From positions 118-64,117 of the forward strand of contig CACBWE010000002.1 in assembly GCA_902542855.1 (NCBI GenBank): DNA of 64,000 bases. The letters are read 5' to 3'. This document shows, one piece after another, positions 1-10,634 of this stretch. The position numbers were made by a program, and so were the translations under genes. The notes under the pieces were generated by a model. The model had not been told where the DNA came from. It made no database searches and saw only the letters and a program-made list of their open reading frames with translations. How positions within the stretch are numbered: the first letter of the stretch is position 1; every line of letters begins with the position of its first letter. Source of the DNA: an uncultured Pelagibacteraceae bacterium (lineage in GTDB: Bacteria > Pseudomonadota > Alphaproteobacteria > Pelagibacterales > Pelagibacteraceae).

Positions 1-470
1 AAACAAAATGGGATGAGATTCCATTGTCTAAAGAATTAAATACGAATAATTTAGGAATTAAAATTAACGACAAAAATAATAACGAATTTTCTGGCGGAAC
101 TGCTGTAAATGTTGGAAACCCACATGTAGTTTTTTTTGTTGATAATAACGAAAATTTTGAAATTGAAAAAATTGGACCAAAAATCGAAACCCACTCTCTA
201 TTTCCAGAAAAATGTAATGTGACTTTAGCAACTGTTATTAACAAAGAATTGATAAAAGTTAGAGTGTGGGAAAGAGGAGCTGGGCTTACAAAAGCTTGTG
301 GAACTGCAGCTTGCGCAACAGCTTTTGCCGCAAAACAAAACGGACTGGTAAATGATAAAGTTAATATTGAATTTTCTACAGGTAGATTGACAATTTCAAT
401 TGATGAAAACAATAGTATTCATATGAAAGGACCAGTTTCAGATATTGAGGAGATAAATTTTAAAATTTAA
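1..470 (+). CDS. dapF: Diaminopimelate epimerase, 5'-truncated by the window edge
   Basis: Motifs VNVGNPH and ERGAGLTKACGTA. The frame is open back to the window start (TKWDEIPLSK...), so the TTG at 24 is not the true start. Confidence 0.95.
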   Translation, partial: TKWDEIPLSKELNTNNLGIKINDKNNNEFSGGTAVNVGNPHVVFFVDNNENFEIEKIGPKIETHSLFPEKCNVTLATVINKELIKVRVWERGAGLTKACGTAACATAFAAKQNGLVNDKVNIEFSTGRLTISIDENNSIHMKGPVSDIEEINFKI

Positions 471-1387
471 TGGGAATTTTTGAGAAATTTAAATCAGGTT
501 TTAAAAAGAGTGCCTCAGCTTTTACAACGGGTTTAAGAGATATAGTTGTAAAAAAAGAGATTGATGACAAAACATTAGACAAAATTGAAGATTACTTAAT
601 TCAATCCGATGTTGGTATTGTTTCTGCTTCAGAAATAAGAGAAATAATTTCTCAAACAAAAATTGATCCTAGTAAAGATTTAACTGAAGAAATAAATAAT
701 ATTTTAAAAAATTATATTATTTCAATAATGAAACCTTTAGAAAATATTGAATTCTTCAAAAAAAAAGAAAAATTAAATGCAACATTAATTTCAGGTGTTA
801 ATGGTGTTGGAAAAACAACTACTATTGGAAAAATAAGTAAAATATTAAAAGATAATGGAAATAAAGTAATGTTAGCTGCATCAGATACTTTTAGAGCAGC
901 AGCCATAGAACAATTAGAAAGTTGGGCAAACAAAGTTGATGTTCAAATTATAAAATCATCTCAGGGTTCAGATCCTGCATCAGTTGCTTACAAAGCTATT
1001 GAAGAAGCATTAAACAATGATTTTAACCAAGTTTTAATTGATACAGCTGGAAGACTACAAAATAAAAAAAATTTGATGGAAGAATATAAAAAAATTGCAA
1101 ACGTTACTAAAAAAATTGATCCTGACGCTCCACATGATGTTATTTTAGTTTTAGATGCAACTTCGGGGCAAAATGTTATTAATCAAGTTGAAGAATTTAA
1201 TAAAATTATTCCAATAACTGGTCTTATTATGACAAAATTAGATGGCACAGCAAAAGGAGGTATTCTTCTAGCTGTTGCTAAGAAATATAAACTACCAATT
1301 ATTGCTCTTGGATTAGGAGAAAAAGAAGATGATTTACAAATTTTTGAAGCTGAAAAATTTGCAGAGGCTTTCACTCAAATTAGTTAA
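470..1387 (+). CDS. ftsY: SRP receptor FtsY (NG domain only)
   Basis: GVNGVGKTTT, DTFRAAA, DTAGR and TKLDGTAKGG motifs. Confidence 0.97.
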   Translation: MGIFEKFKSGFKKSASAFTTGLRDIVVKKEIDDKTLDKIEDYLIQSDVGIVSASEIREIISQTKIDPSKDLTEEINNILKNYIISIMKPLENIEFFKKKEKLNATLISGVNGVGKTTTIGKISKILKDNGNKVMLAASDTFRAAAIEQLESWANKVDVQIIKSSQGSDPASVAYKAIEEALNNDFNQVLIDTAGRLQNKKNLMEEYKKIANVTKKIDPDAPHDVILVLDATSGQNVINQVEEFNKIIPITGLIMTKLDGTAKGGILLAVAKKYKLPIIALGLGEKEDDLQIFEAEKFAEAFTQIS

Positions 1388-1943
1388 TTAATGTACTAGA
1401 TATTAAAGGTTTATAAAAACTACATTTGTAGTGTTCTTTAAATTCATAATGTCCACAATTTTTAGCTATCGAAGAAATAATAAAATCAAATTTTCCATTT
1501 ACAGGATAAAGCTCTAATTTTTTTTCAATAATATCAAATTTGAAATTAGCCTTTAAACTTTTTACAGCACTAATCATTACTAAAGTTTTATTATCTTTCA
1601 AAAGATAATACGCAAAGTCATCTGGAAAAACTGGAAAATCATATTCCTGCAAATAATATTTTGCAGTTTTTGGAAACCATTCATAGGAAATTAATGGCAA
1701 AGACTCTTTTGTTTTGTAATTGTAAATATAAAGATCCTTTGGAAAATCATTTATATAATTTGAATTTTCTCCTCGAGCTAAAACAGCTTTTTCACGGGTT
1801 TTGAAATATAATGCGAAGTTTTCATCGTGTGAATTCATTTGATCAATATGAAAAAGGCTGTCTACAGATGCTAAATTTTCTTTGGCATTTGATAAATTAT
1901 TTAAAGAAAAAAGAACAATAAAAAATAAGAAAAAATTTTTCAT
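1380..1943 (-). CDS. Hypothetical exported protein
   Basis: 187-aa ORF with an N-terminal signal peptide (MKNFFLFFIVLFSL...SNA) and two C-terminal Cys; no family recognised. Confidence 0.7.
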   Translation of the reverse strand: MKNFFLFFIVLFSLNNLSNAKENLASVDSLFHIDQMNSHDENFALYFKTREKAVLARGENSNYINDFPKDLYIYNYKTKESLPLISYEWFPKTAKYYLQEYDFPVFPDDFAYYLLKDNKTLVMISAVKSLKANFKFDIIEKKLELYPVNGKFDFIISSIAKNCGHYEFKEHYKCSFYKPLISSTLIN

Positions 1944-1991
1944 AGATTAACTTAAAAAAAAAATTTGAATTATCTTTGTTTAGATTGTGGC

Positions 1992-2807
1992 TTAATTTAA
2001 ACTATCAACAAACGATTTTAGGGCTAATACAAGTTTATCATCATATTCCATCATATGGTCGTCATATTTTGTAAAATATGAATATTTGGGTTCACTTGCT
2101 AAATTAAAAATTTTTTTACCCATCCAAAATGGAACTATTTGATCGGCCTCACCATGCATTACTAATACTGGGATATTAATATTTTTAATTTTTTTATTAT
2201 TTTCATACTTATCTTTTAAAATTAAACCTACTGGGATATATGGATAAAAATTTTTCGCAGCTTCTATCATTGATGTAAAAGGTGTTTCTAAAATTAATCC
2301 TGCAAAATTTTTATTCTGAGAAATTTCAGTAGCAATTCCAGTTCCTAATGACTCTCCATAAATAATTATATCTTCTTCTTTCAGACCTTTTTCTTTTAGC
2401 CAGTTTATTGTGCTAGTACCATCTATGTAAAGGCCCTCCTCACTTGGTTTTCCTTTATTTCCACTAAACCCTCTCCATGCAATAATTAAAAAATTAACAT
2501 CCATGTCTTTAAAATGATTTAATTTATGGACTCTGTTTTCAAGTGTCCCAGCATTTCCGTGAAAATAAACTATTGTTTTATAACTTTTTAAATTTTTATT
2601 ATGAAACCAGCCTAAAAGATTAATATTATCTGATGTTTGGATACTTACTTTTTCAATTTTAACCTCTAAATTATCTTCAGAATAATTATTCTCATTTGGA
2701 TGATACATCAAATTTCTTTGATAAAAAAAAAGAAAAATACAAATCAAAGTATAAATTGTAAATATAAAAAAAAATATATTTATTAATGTCATTTTTTTAT
2801 TAATCAT
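1992..2807 (-). CDS. Membrane-anchored alpha/beta hydrolase (Bem46/ABHD13-like)
   Basis: N-terminal TM, YFHGNAG, nucleophile elbow GESLG, HGEAD. Confidence 0.9.
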   Translation of the reverse strand: MINKKMTLINIFFFIFTIYTLICIFLFFYQRNLMYHPNENNYSEDNLEVKIEKVSIQTSDNINLLGWFHNKNLKSYKTIVYFHGNAGTLENRVHKLNHFKDMDVNFLIIAWRGFSGNKGKPSEEGLYIDGTSTINWLKEKGLKEEDIIIYGESLGTGIATEISQNKNFAGLILETPFTSMIEAAKNFYPYIPVGLILKDKYENNKKIKNINIPVLVMHGEADQIVPFWMGKKIFNLASEPKYSYFTKYDDHMMEYDDKLVLALKSFVDSLN

Positions 2808-4011
2808 TATTTTTATTTAAATAAATGAAAAAAATATAACTTAATATACAAAGAATTAAAAAAATCGAAAAAGAAATTCTATAACTACTTAAAATATCAA
2901 ATCCTTTTGAATTAAATAAGTCTATAAATAATCCAATTCCCCATTGCATAAAAAATGTCCCTGAATGAATAAATACATTGTAAGAAGTGAGTGATTTGCC
3001 TGCAAGACTTTGTGAAAAATTTAAAGCTATTGCTGGTTGTGTAAGAGAAATCACTATTGAAGTCATAATATATATTGCAAATAATAATGCTCCAGCCTTA
3101 GTCCCAAGGAATATTATCAGAAAAAAAACAAAGTAGCTTATGGGCAGTCCAAATTTAATTAATTTGATACTGCTTATGCCGTAATCAGAAAGTTTAGGCA
3201 AAATATAGCCCCATAAAAAGTATGATGCCAGCATGGTTACATTGATCCAAAATAACCCTGTAGCACTTTGAAATGGTGAATATCCAGTTATATTTAACAT
3301 CCAAGGTCCAGCCCAAAGCGTTTGAATTGCTTGGATACCACCATAATTAATAAATGCTAATGGGACCATACTTATAAAAAACTTATTCTTCCAGATTTCA
3401 GCTAGGCCTTTTTTTTCTGCATCAATTTTAGAATTTTCTGTCTGCTCCCAATTAGGTGTAAATAAGAATATTAGAGTAATACTTATTAGGATCAGTATAG
3501 CTATTAATATAAAAATCCATCTCCAGCCTATGTAAGGTAATAAAATTTGAACAGGTAAAGTCGAAGAGACAAAGCCTATATTTGCTACCATTAACATCCA
3601 AGAATTTGCTCTCTGTTGATACTTTTCAGCAAACCAAACTCTGTAACCAGTCAGTGGTCCCATCATACAAGCACTCACACCAATACCGATAAAAATTCTA
3701 GAAACAAGTAATCCAGAGAAGCTTTTTGCTAATGCAAATGAAATCGTTCCAACTAATGCTATAATTAAAAAATATCCAACAACTTTTTTTGGCCCAAATT
3801 TATCCAAGAGTAGTCCTATTGGAACTTGCATTATTGAAAAACCTATAAAATAACCTCCTGCTAATAGCCCTAAATTTCCAGCTGTTAAATCGAATTCATA
3901 TGTGAGGACAGGTGTTAATGTTGCTGTGATGGATCTTACCAAATTAGATAATAAAAAACCAAAGGCAAAAATACAGAATATGATAATGCTTTTATTTACT
4001 TTAGTAATCAT
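2800..4011 (-). CDS. MFS transporter
   Basis: ~12 TM segments, motif A GLLLDKFGPK. Confidence 0.9.
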   Translation of the reverse strand: MITKVNKSIIIFCIFAFGFLLSNLVRSITATLTPVLTYEFDLTAGNLGLLAGGYFIGFSIMQVPIGLLLDKFGPKKVVGYFLIIALVGTISFALAKSFSGLLVSRIFIGIGVSACMMGPLTGYRVWFAEKYQQRANSWMLMVANIGFVSSTLPVQILLPYIGWRWIFILIAILILISITLIFLFTPNWEQTENSKIDAEKKGLAEIWKNKFFISMVPLAFINYGGIQAIQTLWAGPWMLNITGYSPFQSATGLFWINVTMLASYFLWGYILPKLSDYGISSIKLIKFGLPISYFVFFLIIFLGTKAGALLFAIYIMTSIVISLTQPAIALNFSQSLAGKSLTSYNVFIHSGTFFMQWGIGLFIDLFNSKGFDILSSYRISFSIFLILCILSYIFFIYLNKNND

Positions 4012-4040
4012 TTATAAATTTTTGAGAATTAATCTGTACT

Positions 4041-5624
4041 ATGAATAATCAGTCAACAAAAGATAAAGATGCACGCTCTTCAAATGCAATGGCTGCAACT
4101 TCACATCCTTTAGCTACAGAGGAAGCATTAAAAATACTCAAAATGGGTGGAAATGCTGTGGATGCTTCAGTTGCTGCTTCGATTGTTTTATCTGTAGTAG
4201 AGCCTAATGCAACGAGTATTGGTGGCGACTGTTTTGCAATAGTTAAAATGGAGAACAAGGATGCTGTGTCTTTTAATGGATCAGGTTTAGCGCCTGAAAA
4301 ATTAAATTATAATTTTTTTAAGGATAAGAATATTGATAAAATTGGATTAACTAGTCCACATTCAGTCACAATTCCTGGTGCACTTAACGCTTGGGAAAAA
4401 ATTCATAAGGAATTTGGTAAGCTAGATTTTGAACAATTATTTTTGGGTGCAATTGATATTGCAAAGAATGGTCATAGAGTTACAAAAGTTGTATCAAATG
4501 CTTGGAAAAATAGTTTGAATAAAATCAATGGTAATGAAAATTCAAAAAAAATTTTTTTGAAAGATGGTCGTACTTATCAAGAAAATGAATTAATGAAAAA
4601 TATTGCTTTAGGAGAAACACTTGAAGCAATTAGCAAAAAAGGAAGTAAAGAATTTTATGAAGGAGAAATTGCAAAAGATATAATTGAAACTTTAAATGAA
4701 TTAGGAGGTGTACATACTTTTGAGGATTTTTCAAAACAGAGTACAATAAGATCAGATACAATCAAATCTAATTATAAGGGTGATTTTATTCATCAATGCC
4801 CTCCCAATGGTCCTGGTGTTACTGTATTGATTATGATGAAATTATTAGAAAAACTAAATATTCAAAATTATAAATTAAATAGTATAGAAAGATTTCATCT
4901 TGAAGCAGAAGTTACAAAACAAGCTTATAAAGTAAAAGAAACTATTTTAGGCGATCCAAATTTTGTTAACTTTAATTTAGAAGAAATTTTAAGTGATAAA
5001 AATATTGAAGAAATTTTTAATAAAATTAATTTAAATTCATGCAGTGATGTTGGTGACTTAAATATTCCAGCTCATCCAGAAACGATATATCTAACAGTGG
5101 TAGATAAAGATTTAAATAGTGTATCAATTATCAATTCTGTTTGTTATGTATTTGGATCAGGTATTACTACAAATAAAAGTGGAATACTTTTACATAATAG
5201 GGGTACAAATTTCAGAGTAGAAAATGGACATCCAAACTGTATAGCAGGCTTAAAAAGACCGTTACATACTATTATTCCTGGTATGCTAATTGATAAAAAC
5301 AACAAAGCAACTTTAAGTTATGGCGTTATGGGAGGCCAATATCAACCAGTAGGACAAGTTCATGTTTTAAATAATATGATTGATTTTGGAATGGGACCAC
5401 AAAAAGCTTTGAGTTTTCCAAGAGCTTTTCATTTTAATAATATTTACAAACTAGAAAAAACTATTGATAAAGAAATTTTCCATGGACTCAAAGAAATAGG
5501 TCATAATGTAGAATATTTTGATGGTACACACGGTGGGGGCCAAGCAATAAAAATAAATAGAAGTGAAGGTGATCTCTTGGGTGGATCAGATCCTAGAAAA
5601 GATGGGTATGCTAAAGGATATTAA
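4041..5624 (+). CDS. ggt: Gamma-glutamyltransferase family (Ntn hydrolase), no signal peptide
   Basis: GGNAVDA, SIGGD, ETIYLTVVD autocleavage Thr, KRPLHTIIP, GGQYQP, GSDPRKDG. Confidence 0.9.
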   Translation: MNNQSTKDKDARSSNAMAATSHPLATEEALKILKMGGNAVDASVAASIVLSVVEPNATSIGGDCFAIVKMENKDAVSFNGSGLAPEKLNYNFFKDKNIDKIGLTSPHSVTIPGALNAWEKIHKEFGKLDFEQLFLGAIDIAKNGHRVTKVVSNAWKNSLNKINGNENSKKIFLKDGRTYQENELMKNIALGETLEAISKKGSKEFYEGEIAKDIIETLNELGGVHTFEDFSKQSTIRSDTIKSNYKGDFIHQCPPNGPGVTVLIMMKLLEKLNIQNYKLNSIERFHLEAEVTKQAYKVKETILGDPNFVNFNLEEILSDKNIEEIFNKINLNSCSDVGDLNIPAHPETIYLTVVDKDLNSVSIINSVCYVFGSGITTNKSGILLHNRGTNFRVENGHPNCIAGLKRPLHTIIPGMLIDKNNKATLSYGVMGGQYQPVGQVHVLNNMIDFGMGPQKALSFPRAFHFNNIYKLEKTIDKEIFHGLKEIGHNVEYFDGTHGGGQAIKINRSEGDLLGGSDPRKDGYAKGY

Positions 5625-5663
5625 TTCTCATCGAAAAATGATTGAAAAACAAATTCTAAAGAA

Positions 5664-8315
5664 TTAAAAGTTTAAAGATATATCTCGGTGAACTGAGTTA
5701 CATCTTGCAACAAATTTAGCTTGTTCTTTAGTTAACCTGCTTTGAAGTCTTAGTCCAATATTGTGTTTAATTACATCATTGTATTTAATTAATTCAGGTA
5801 ATAAATTTTTATTAGCATCATCTCTCCATGAAACTTCTAAGTTGAAAAGATCAAAAGTTTCTGAACTGGTTTCAATTAACCTCTGCTCATCAATCTCATC
5901 ATTATCGATGACAGAAATTAGATCATCAAGTTTATTTGCAAATTCATCTGTTCCAGAGATTTCTCCAAGATTTTCAAAAAGACTATCAATTATTGAAATG
6001 GATTTTTCAAAATTTTTATTATCAATAGTATTTCTTAATTCTTTTATTTCTGGCGAAAGTTCTTTTAATTTTTCATTATCATTTATAAACATTACTATTT
6101 GATCTAAAGTTTCATAAGCTTCATCAACGTTTTTTCTATATCTCTTGGTTCTTGTGTTTTTTGCTTTATGTAATATTTCAAACTCTCCATTTTTAGTTTT
6201 CCAGCTTTCAGGAATTTTATTTTGAAGTTCTTTAATTTCTAGCTCGTAATTCTCAATTTTTAATTCTAATTTATTTTTAGCTGATAAATTATCATCGTCT
6301 AAGTTTCTAATTTCAGCTTTTAACTTTTTTATTTTTTGGTCAATTTTTCTAACTTTTTTCTGAATTTTTCTTACATCGAAATGAAGATCTTTATAATCTT
6401 TTGTAAATAAATCATATTCTTGCTCAGTTTTTTGTAATTTTTTAACTATAGCAAAAGTTCCTAAAGCATTATCAAAATGCTCTTCAAAGATATCTAATTT
6501 ATCAACTGGAAGATTTGCTGGAGTTAATTTCTGCATATTCTTAATTACATTTGTAATTTTTTGTTCTTCATTATTATAAATTGCAAATTTATATTCTTGT
6601 AAGCAATATTGAAGTTTTGGATTCATTGGTGGTGGAGCTACATTAGATGTTAAATATGTTCTCGCTGGTAAGTAATTAACCAATGAAGGATAGAAACCAA
6701 CAATTCCAAGACCTATCAATTGTAAAATAATAAACGGAACAACTCCTTTCCAAATATTTAAAGTAGTGACAAGTTTTGAAGCTACTCCTTTTAAATAAAA
6801 TAAAGCAAATCCAAATGGTGGAGTTAAAAATGAAGTTTGTAAATTTACCCCAATCATAACACCAAGCCAAATTGCACTTACATTCGCACCGGGTTCAGCT
6901 AATAATATAGGAGCAATAATAGGAACGACAACTACAGCTATTTCAATAAAATCAAGAAAGAAACCCAATAAAAAGATGACTATCATTACAACAACGAACT
7001 GAGTCCAAAACCCTCCTGGTAAATCTTGAAGAAAGTCTCTTACTAACTCTTCACCTCCAAATGCCCTAAATCCAGAGGTTAACATTGCTGCTCCGAGTAG
7101 AATTATAAATACCATTGAGGTAGTTACACAAGTTTCTACAACAACTTCTTTTAAAACATCATCTATTTTAAATGCTCTCCAAAAACTCCATACAACACTT
7201 GCTAAAAATGTAATTGTAAAAAATAATGCAATTAATATTGCGCCTAGATCTCTAGTGTCAACAGCTTTAATATTTAAGTTATAATTTTTAGATAAAAAAT
7301 AAATTGGAATTAAAGATACGATTGCAATTATTATTGGATAGTATGCGTTCTTTTTACCCTGATGCAATCGATAGCCTGCCATCATTGTTGCACCAATAGC
7401 ACCTATTGATCCAGCCTGATTTACTGTAGCAATACCCATAAGTATAGATCCTAAAACTGCAAAGATTAGAGCAAGTGGTGGAATAATTACTAAAATAACT
7501 TTGATCCAAAATTTAGAATCAAAATTTCCTTTAAATGGAACAGGAGGAGCTGCTTTTGGGTTTAATCTTGCATACACAAATATGTAAAGCATATACAATC
7601 CAACCAAAACTAATCCTGGTAATAATGCTCCTAAAAACATATCTCCAGCTGAAGTAGACCCTACTCTAAATTCTCCAGGCATATTAAATTCGCCAGTTAA
7701 AATTTTATAATCAGTCTGACGCATAGTATTTGCAACGTCAGCGGCACTTGCCAATTGATCAGCAATGATAATTAAGACAATTGAAGGAGGTATAATTTGA
7801 CCAAGTGTACCAGAGGAACAAACAATTCCACTTGCTAATCTTTTGTCATATTTATTATTTAACATTGTGGGTAAAGAAATTAGTCCCATTGCTATTACTG
7901 TTGCTCCAACTATTCCGGTTGTCGCTGCAAGTAATGCACCTACAAAGATAACAGAAATACCAAGCCCTCCTGGAATTGGTCCAAATAGTTGTCCCATAGT
8001 AACTAAAAGGTCTTCTGCAATTTTTGATTTTTGCAACATTATCCCCATAAAGATAAACAATGGGATCGCAATTAAGGTGTCTGTTTCTACATCCCAATAA
8101 TTACTCCTAAAATTAGTAATACCAGCAGTTAACCATTCTTTAGGCCCATCAACAGCAAAATAAGCACTGGGGTCTCCTGCAAATAAATAACCGAAAAAAG
8201 CAGCTAGTCCTATTGAAATTATCGCTGATCCAGGTAGTGCAAAAGCTACTGGAAAACCAGATGCCAAAGCTCCAATCATTATAATTACCAGTAAAGCTAA
8301 AAATAAATGTTCCAT
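5664..8315 (-). CDS. dctM: TRAP large permease DctM with ~330-aa C-terminal soluble/coiled-coil extension
   Basis: LIAIPLFIFMG, GTLGQIIPPS and NLQTSFLTPPFG motifs followed by a long charged helical domain. Confidence 0.9.
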   Translation of the reverse strand: MEHLFLALLVIIMIGALASGFPVAFALPGSAIISIGLAAFFGYLFAGDPSAYFAVDGPKEWLTAGITNFRSNYWDVETDTLIAIPLFIFMGIMLQKSKIAEDLLVTMGQLFGPIPGGLGISVIFVGALLAATTGIVGATVIAMGLISLPTMLNNKYDKRLASGIVCSSGTLGQIIPPSIVLIIIADQLASAADVANTMRQTDYKILTGEFNMPGEFRVGSTSAGDMFLGALLPGLVLVGLYMLYIFVYARLNPKAAPPVPFKGNFDSKFWIKVILVIIPPLALIFAVLGSILMGIATVNQAGSIGAIGATMMAGYRLHQGKKNAYYPIIIAIVSLIPIYFLSKNYNLNIKAVDTRDLGAILIALFFTITFLASVVWSFWRAFKIDDVLKEVVVETCVTTSMVFIILLGAAMLTSGFRAFGGEELVRDFLQDLPGGFWTQFVVVMIVIFLLGFFLDFIEIAVVVVPIIAPILLAEPGANVSAIWLGVMIGVNLQTSFLTPPFGFALFYLKGVASKLVTTLNIWKGVVPFIILQLIGLGIVGFYPSLVNYLPARTYLTSNVAPPPMNPKLQYCLQEYKFAIYNNEEQKITNVIKNMQKLTPANLPVDKLDIFEEHFDNALGTFAIVKKLQKTEQEYDLFTKDYKDLHFDVRKIQKKVRKIDQKIKKLKAEIRNLDDDNLSAKNKLELKIENYELEIKELQNKIPESWKTKNGEFEILHKAKNTRTKRYRKNVDEAYETLDQIVMFINDNEKLKELSPEIKELRNTIDNKNFEKSISIIDSLFENLGEISGTDEFANKLDDLISVIDNDEIDEQRLIETSSETFDLFNLEVSWRDDANKNLLPELIKYNDVIKHNIGLRLQSRLTKEQAKFVARCNSVHRDISLNF

Positions 8316-8318
8316 TAT

Positions 8319-9302
8319 TTAATTATTTAAAAGTTTGTGACTACTACTCATAAAATAACTTGTGAATTGAGTTAACATACTTACTGCAAATACTGCTAAG
8401 TAAACTGCCATTAAATAAAGTAAATATAATCCATTCGAACCTTGCTGAGTAATTTCAAATGAAATTACTGGACCATTAATGATACTAGCTTTACCACCCA
8501 TACCCAAAAATATAACTATCAAACATAAAGGAATGCCTAAAATGAGAGATCCAATTGCATTCGTCCATGCCTTCTTTCTCTCACTAAAATTAGCATACAA
8601 AACATCAACTCTTACATGACCTTCGTGAATTAATGCATATGCACTTGCAAAAAGATAAAGCGCAGCATACCAAAAACGAACAAGATCTCCTTGAAAAGCT
8701 TGTTCATATTGAAATATAAATCTTGATACAACTATCAAGAATTCACTTCCAACTACTAAAACTGCTAACCAAATAAATCCTACAGATCTTGTGAAATAAC
8801 CAATTACAAAAGAAGCTATTATAAGTGGGAAATGTATATATGAAATTCTGAAAGCAGGTTTTACTAAATTAATTTTAACTTGTTCCCCAAAAATTGGCTC
8901 AACCAATTTTTCTACAACCATAAATGAGATTAAAAAATCTGCTACTCCAACAATTAACACTGCCCAGAATGAAGATCTAATAATGTATGCTGTTATTTTT
9001 TTTAGTATTTCTGAATCTGTTTGTAATGTTTGTTTTAAAGATTTTAAAACAAACATTATAACTCCTATAAAAGATAAAAAATAAAATAATAATTGAATAT
9101 ACGACAGACTCATCGCAAGTCCCTCTAAAGGTTCATTTAATTTTTTAAAACCAAATATTTCATAGTGAGAAAAAAGTTTTTTAACTCCTGGCCAATCAAA
9201 CCAAACTGTTAAAACATTATTTATTAAAAAAATTAATGTTAATGTTAAGATAGAATAACTAAATATTCTTATTAAAATAGATAAGTTTTTTTTCTCAATC
9301 AT
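8319..9302 (-). CDS. dctQ: TRAP small permease DctQ with N-terminal extension
   Basis: HEGHVRVDVLY DctQ motif in the C-terminal half; lies between dctP and dctM. Confidence 0.85.
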   Translation of the reverse strand: MIEKKNLSILIRIFSYSILTLTLIFLINNVLTVWFDWPGVKKLFSHYEIFGFKKLNEPLEGLAMSLSYIQLLFYFLSFIGVIMFVLKSLKQTLQTDSEILKKITAYIIRSSFWAVLIVGVADFLISFMVVEKLVEPIFGEQVKINLVKPAFRISYIHFPLIIASFVIGYFTRSVGFIWLAVLVVGSEFLIVVSRFIFQYEQAFQGDLVRFWYAALYLFASAYALIHEGHVRVDVLYANFSERKKAWTNAIGSLILGIPLCLIVIFLGMGGKASIINGPVISFEITQQGSNGLYLLYLMAVYLAVFAVSMLTQFTSYFMSSSHKLLNN

Positions 9303-9330
9303 ATGACAAAACTTTTAATGATATATAAAA

Positions 9331-9354
9331 AGAGGGCCCATTTAAGGGCCCTCT
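9331..9354 (-). terminator. Hairpin after dctP (partial terminator or mRNA stabiliser)
   Basis: AGAGGGCCC-atttaa-GGGCCCTCT 9-bp stem followed by a short U run on the minus strand. Confidence 0.8.
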
Positions 9355-9373
9355 AGTATTAATTAGAATTAAA

Positions 9374-10507
9374 TTATACTCCTAATGCTCTATTTCTTTG
9401 AGAAATGTACGGTGAGTCAGACAAGTTTGTCCAAGCACCTATTTCTTTTCGTCCTTTAACAAAAGCAGCATGCACTTTCTGAGCAAGGGCACTATGTTGC
9501 TGAACTTCGTCAAAAACTTCTGCAGCACCTTTAGCAAAAGCGTCATAAACTTTATCGTTAAACTTCTCAAGTTTAACTCCATTTTCGTTTACTAAACGAT
9601 CTAATGCTGCTCCATTTTTTGCATTATATTCTGCCATAGTGGTTGTATCAGCCCAATCACAAGCAGTTTTTATAATCAACTGATCTGACTTGGTTAGACT
9701 TGTGAACCAAGATTTATTTACGCCACAACATAGGGTTGATCCTGGTTCGTGCATTCCTGGATAGTAATAATACTTGGCTGCTTCATAAAACTTGAAAGCC
9801 TCATCATTCCAAGGTCCTACCCATTCCGTTGCATCAATTGCACCAGACACAAGGTTTTCATAGATTTGTCCACCTGGAAGTGAAATTGGAGAGCCACCAA
9901 GTTTTCCAAGTACTTGTCCTCCTAAACCAGGCATACGCATTTTTAAACCCTTGATATCATTAGCTGATCTAATTTTTTTATTGAACCAACCACCCATTTG
10001 CACTCCAGTGTTACCAGCAGCAAAACTTTGTGTTCCAAAATCATCAGTCAACTCATCCCACAACTCTTGTCCACCAGCAAATTTTAACCACGCATTCATT
10101 TCAGCATATGTGAAACCAAATGGAACGGCAGTAAAATATCCAAATGCAGGGTGTTTTTTAACCCAGTAATAATCAGCACCATGATACATTTGAGAATTTC
10201 CTGAAGCAACTTCATCAAACGAGTCAAATGCTTTTACCCTTTCATTAGCAGCATAATAAGTAACTTGAATTCTACCGTCACTCATATCACTCAATCTTTG
10301 AGCAAGTCTTTGTGCACCAGTTCCAAGGCCTGGAAAATCTCTTGGCCAAGTAGCCACCATAGAAGCTTCTATTCTCTCTTTGGCAACAGCTGGAGCAGAT
10401 AAAGATGATGCTGCAACAGCAGCAACACCAGTTGCAGCTGCAGTTTTAAAGAACTTTCTTCTTGAAGGTGATCTAGAAACCTTCAATGATTTTTTTTCTT
10501 TAATCAT
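9374..10507 (-). CDS. dctP: TRAP substrate-binding protein DctP (TakP-like, Tat-exported)
   Basis: SRRKFFK Tat motif, KGLKMRMPGLGG, GAIDATEWVGP. Confidence 0.92.
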   Translation of the reverse strand: MIKEKKSLKVSRSPSRRKFFKTAAATGVAAVAASSLSAPAVAKERIEASMVATWPRDFPGLGTGAQRLAQRLSDMSDGRIQVTYYAANERVKAFDSFDEVASGNSQMYHGADYYWVKKHPAFGYFTAVPFGFTYAEMNAWLKFAGGQELWDELTDDFGTQSFAAGNTGVQMGGWFNKKIRSANDIKGLKMRMPGLGGQVLGKLGGSPISLPGGQIYENLVSGAIDATEWVGPWNDEAFKFYEAAKYYYYPGMHEPGSTLCCGVNKSWFTSLTKSDQLIIKTACDWADTTTMAEYNAKNGAALDRLVNENGVKLEKFNDKVYDAFAKGAAEVFDEVQQHSALAQKVHAAFVKGRKEIGAWTNLSDSPYISQRNRALGV

Positions 10508-10542
10508 TAGTATCTCCTCTTCTTTGTTAATTAACTGTATAG

Positions 10543-10571
10543 ATTAAATTACAATTGGACGTTTAAGTCTA
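10543..10571 (-). promoter_or_regulatory. Putative sigma70 promoter of the first TRAP operon
   Basis: TAGACT-N17-TTTAAT, then AGTTAATTAAC and a GAGGAG RBS. Confidence 0.6.
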
Positions 10572-10634
10572 GACTAAAATTCCTATTAAAGAATATAATA
10601 CAATCAGAGGTAGTAAATTTAGAAATTATTAAAT

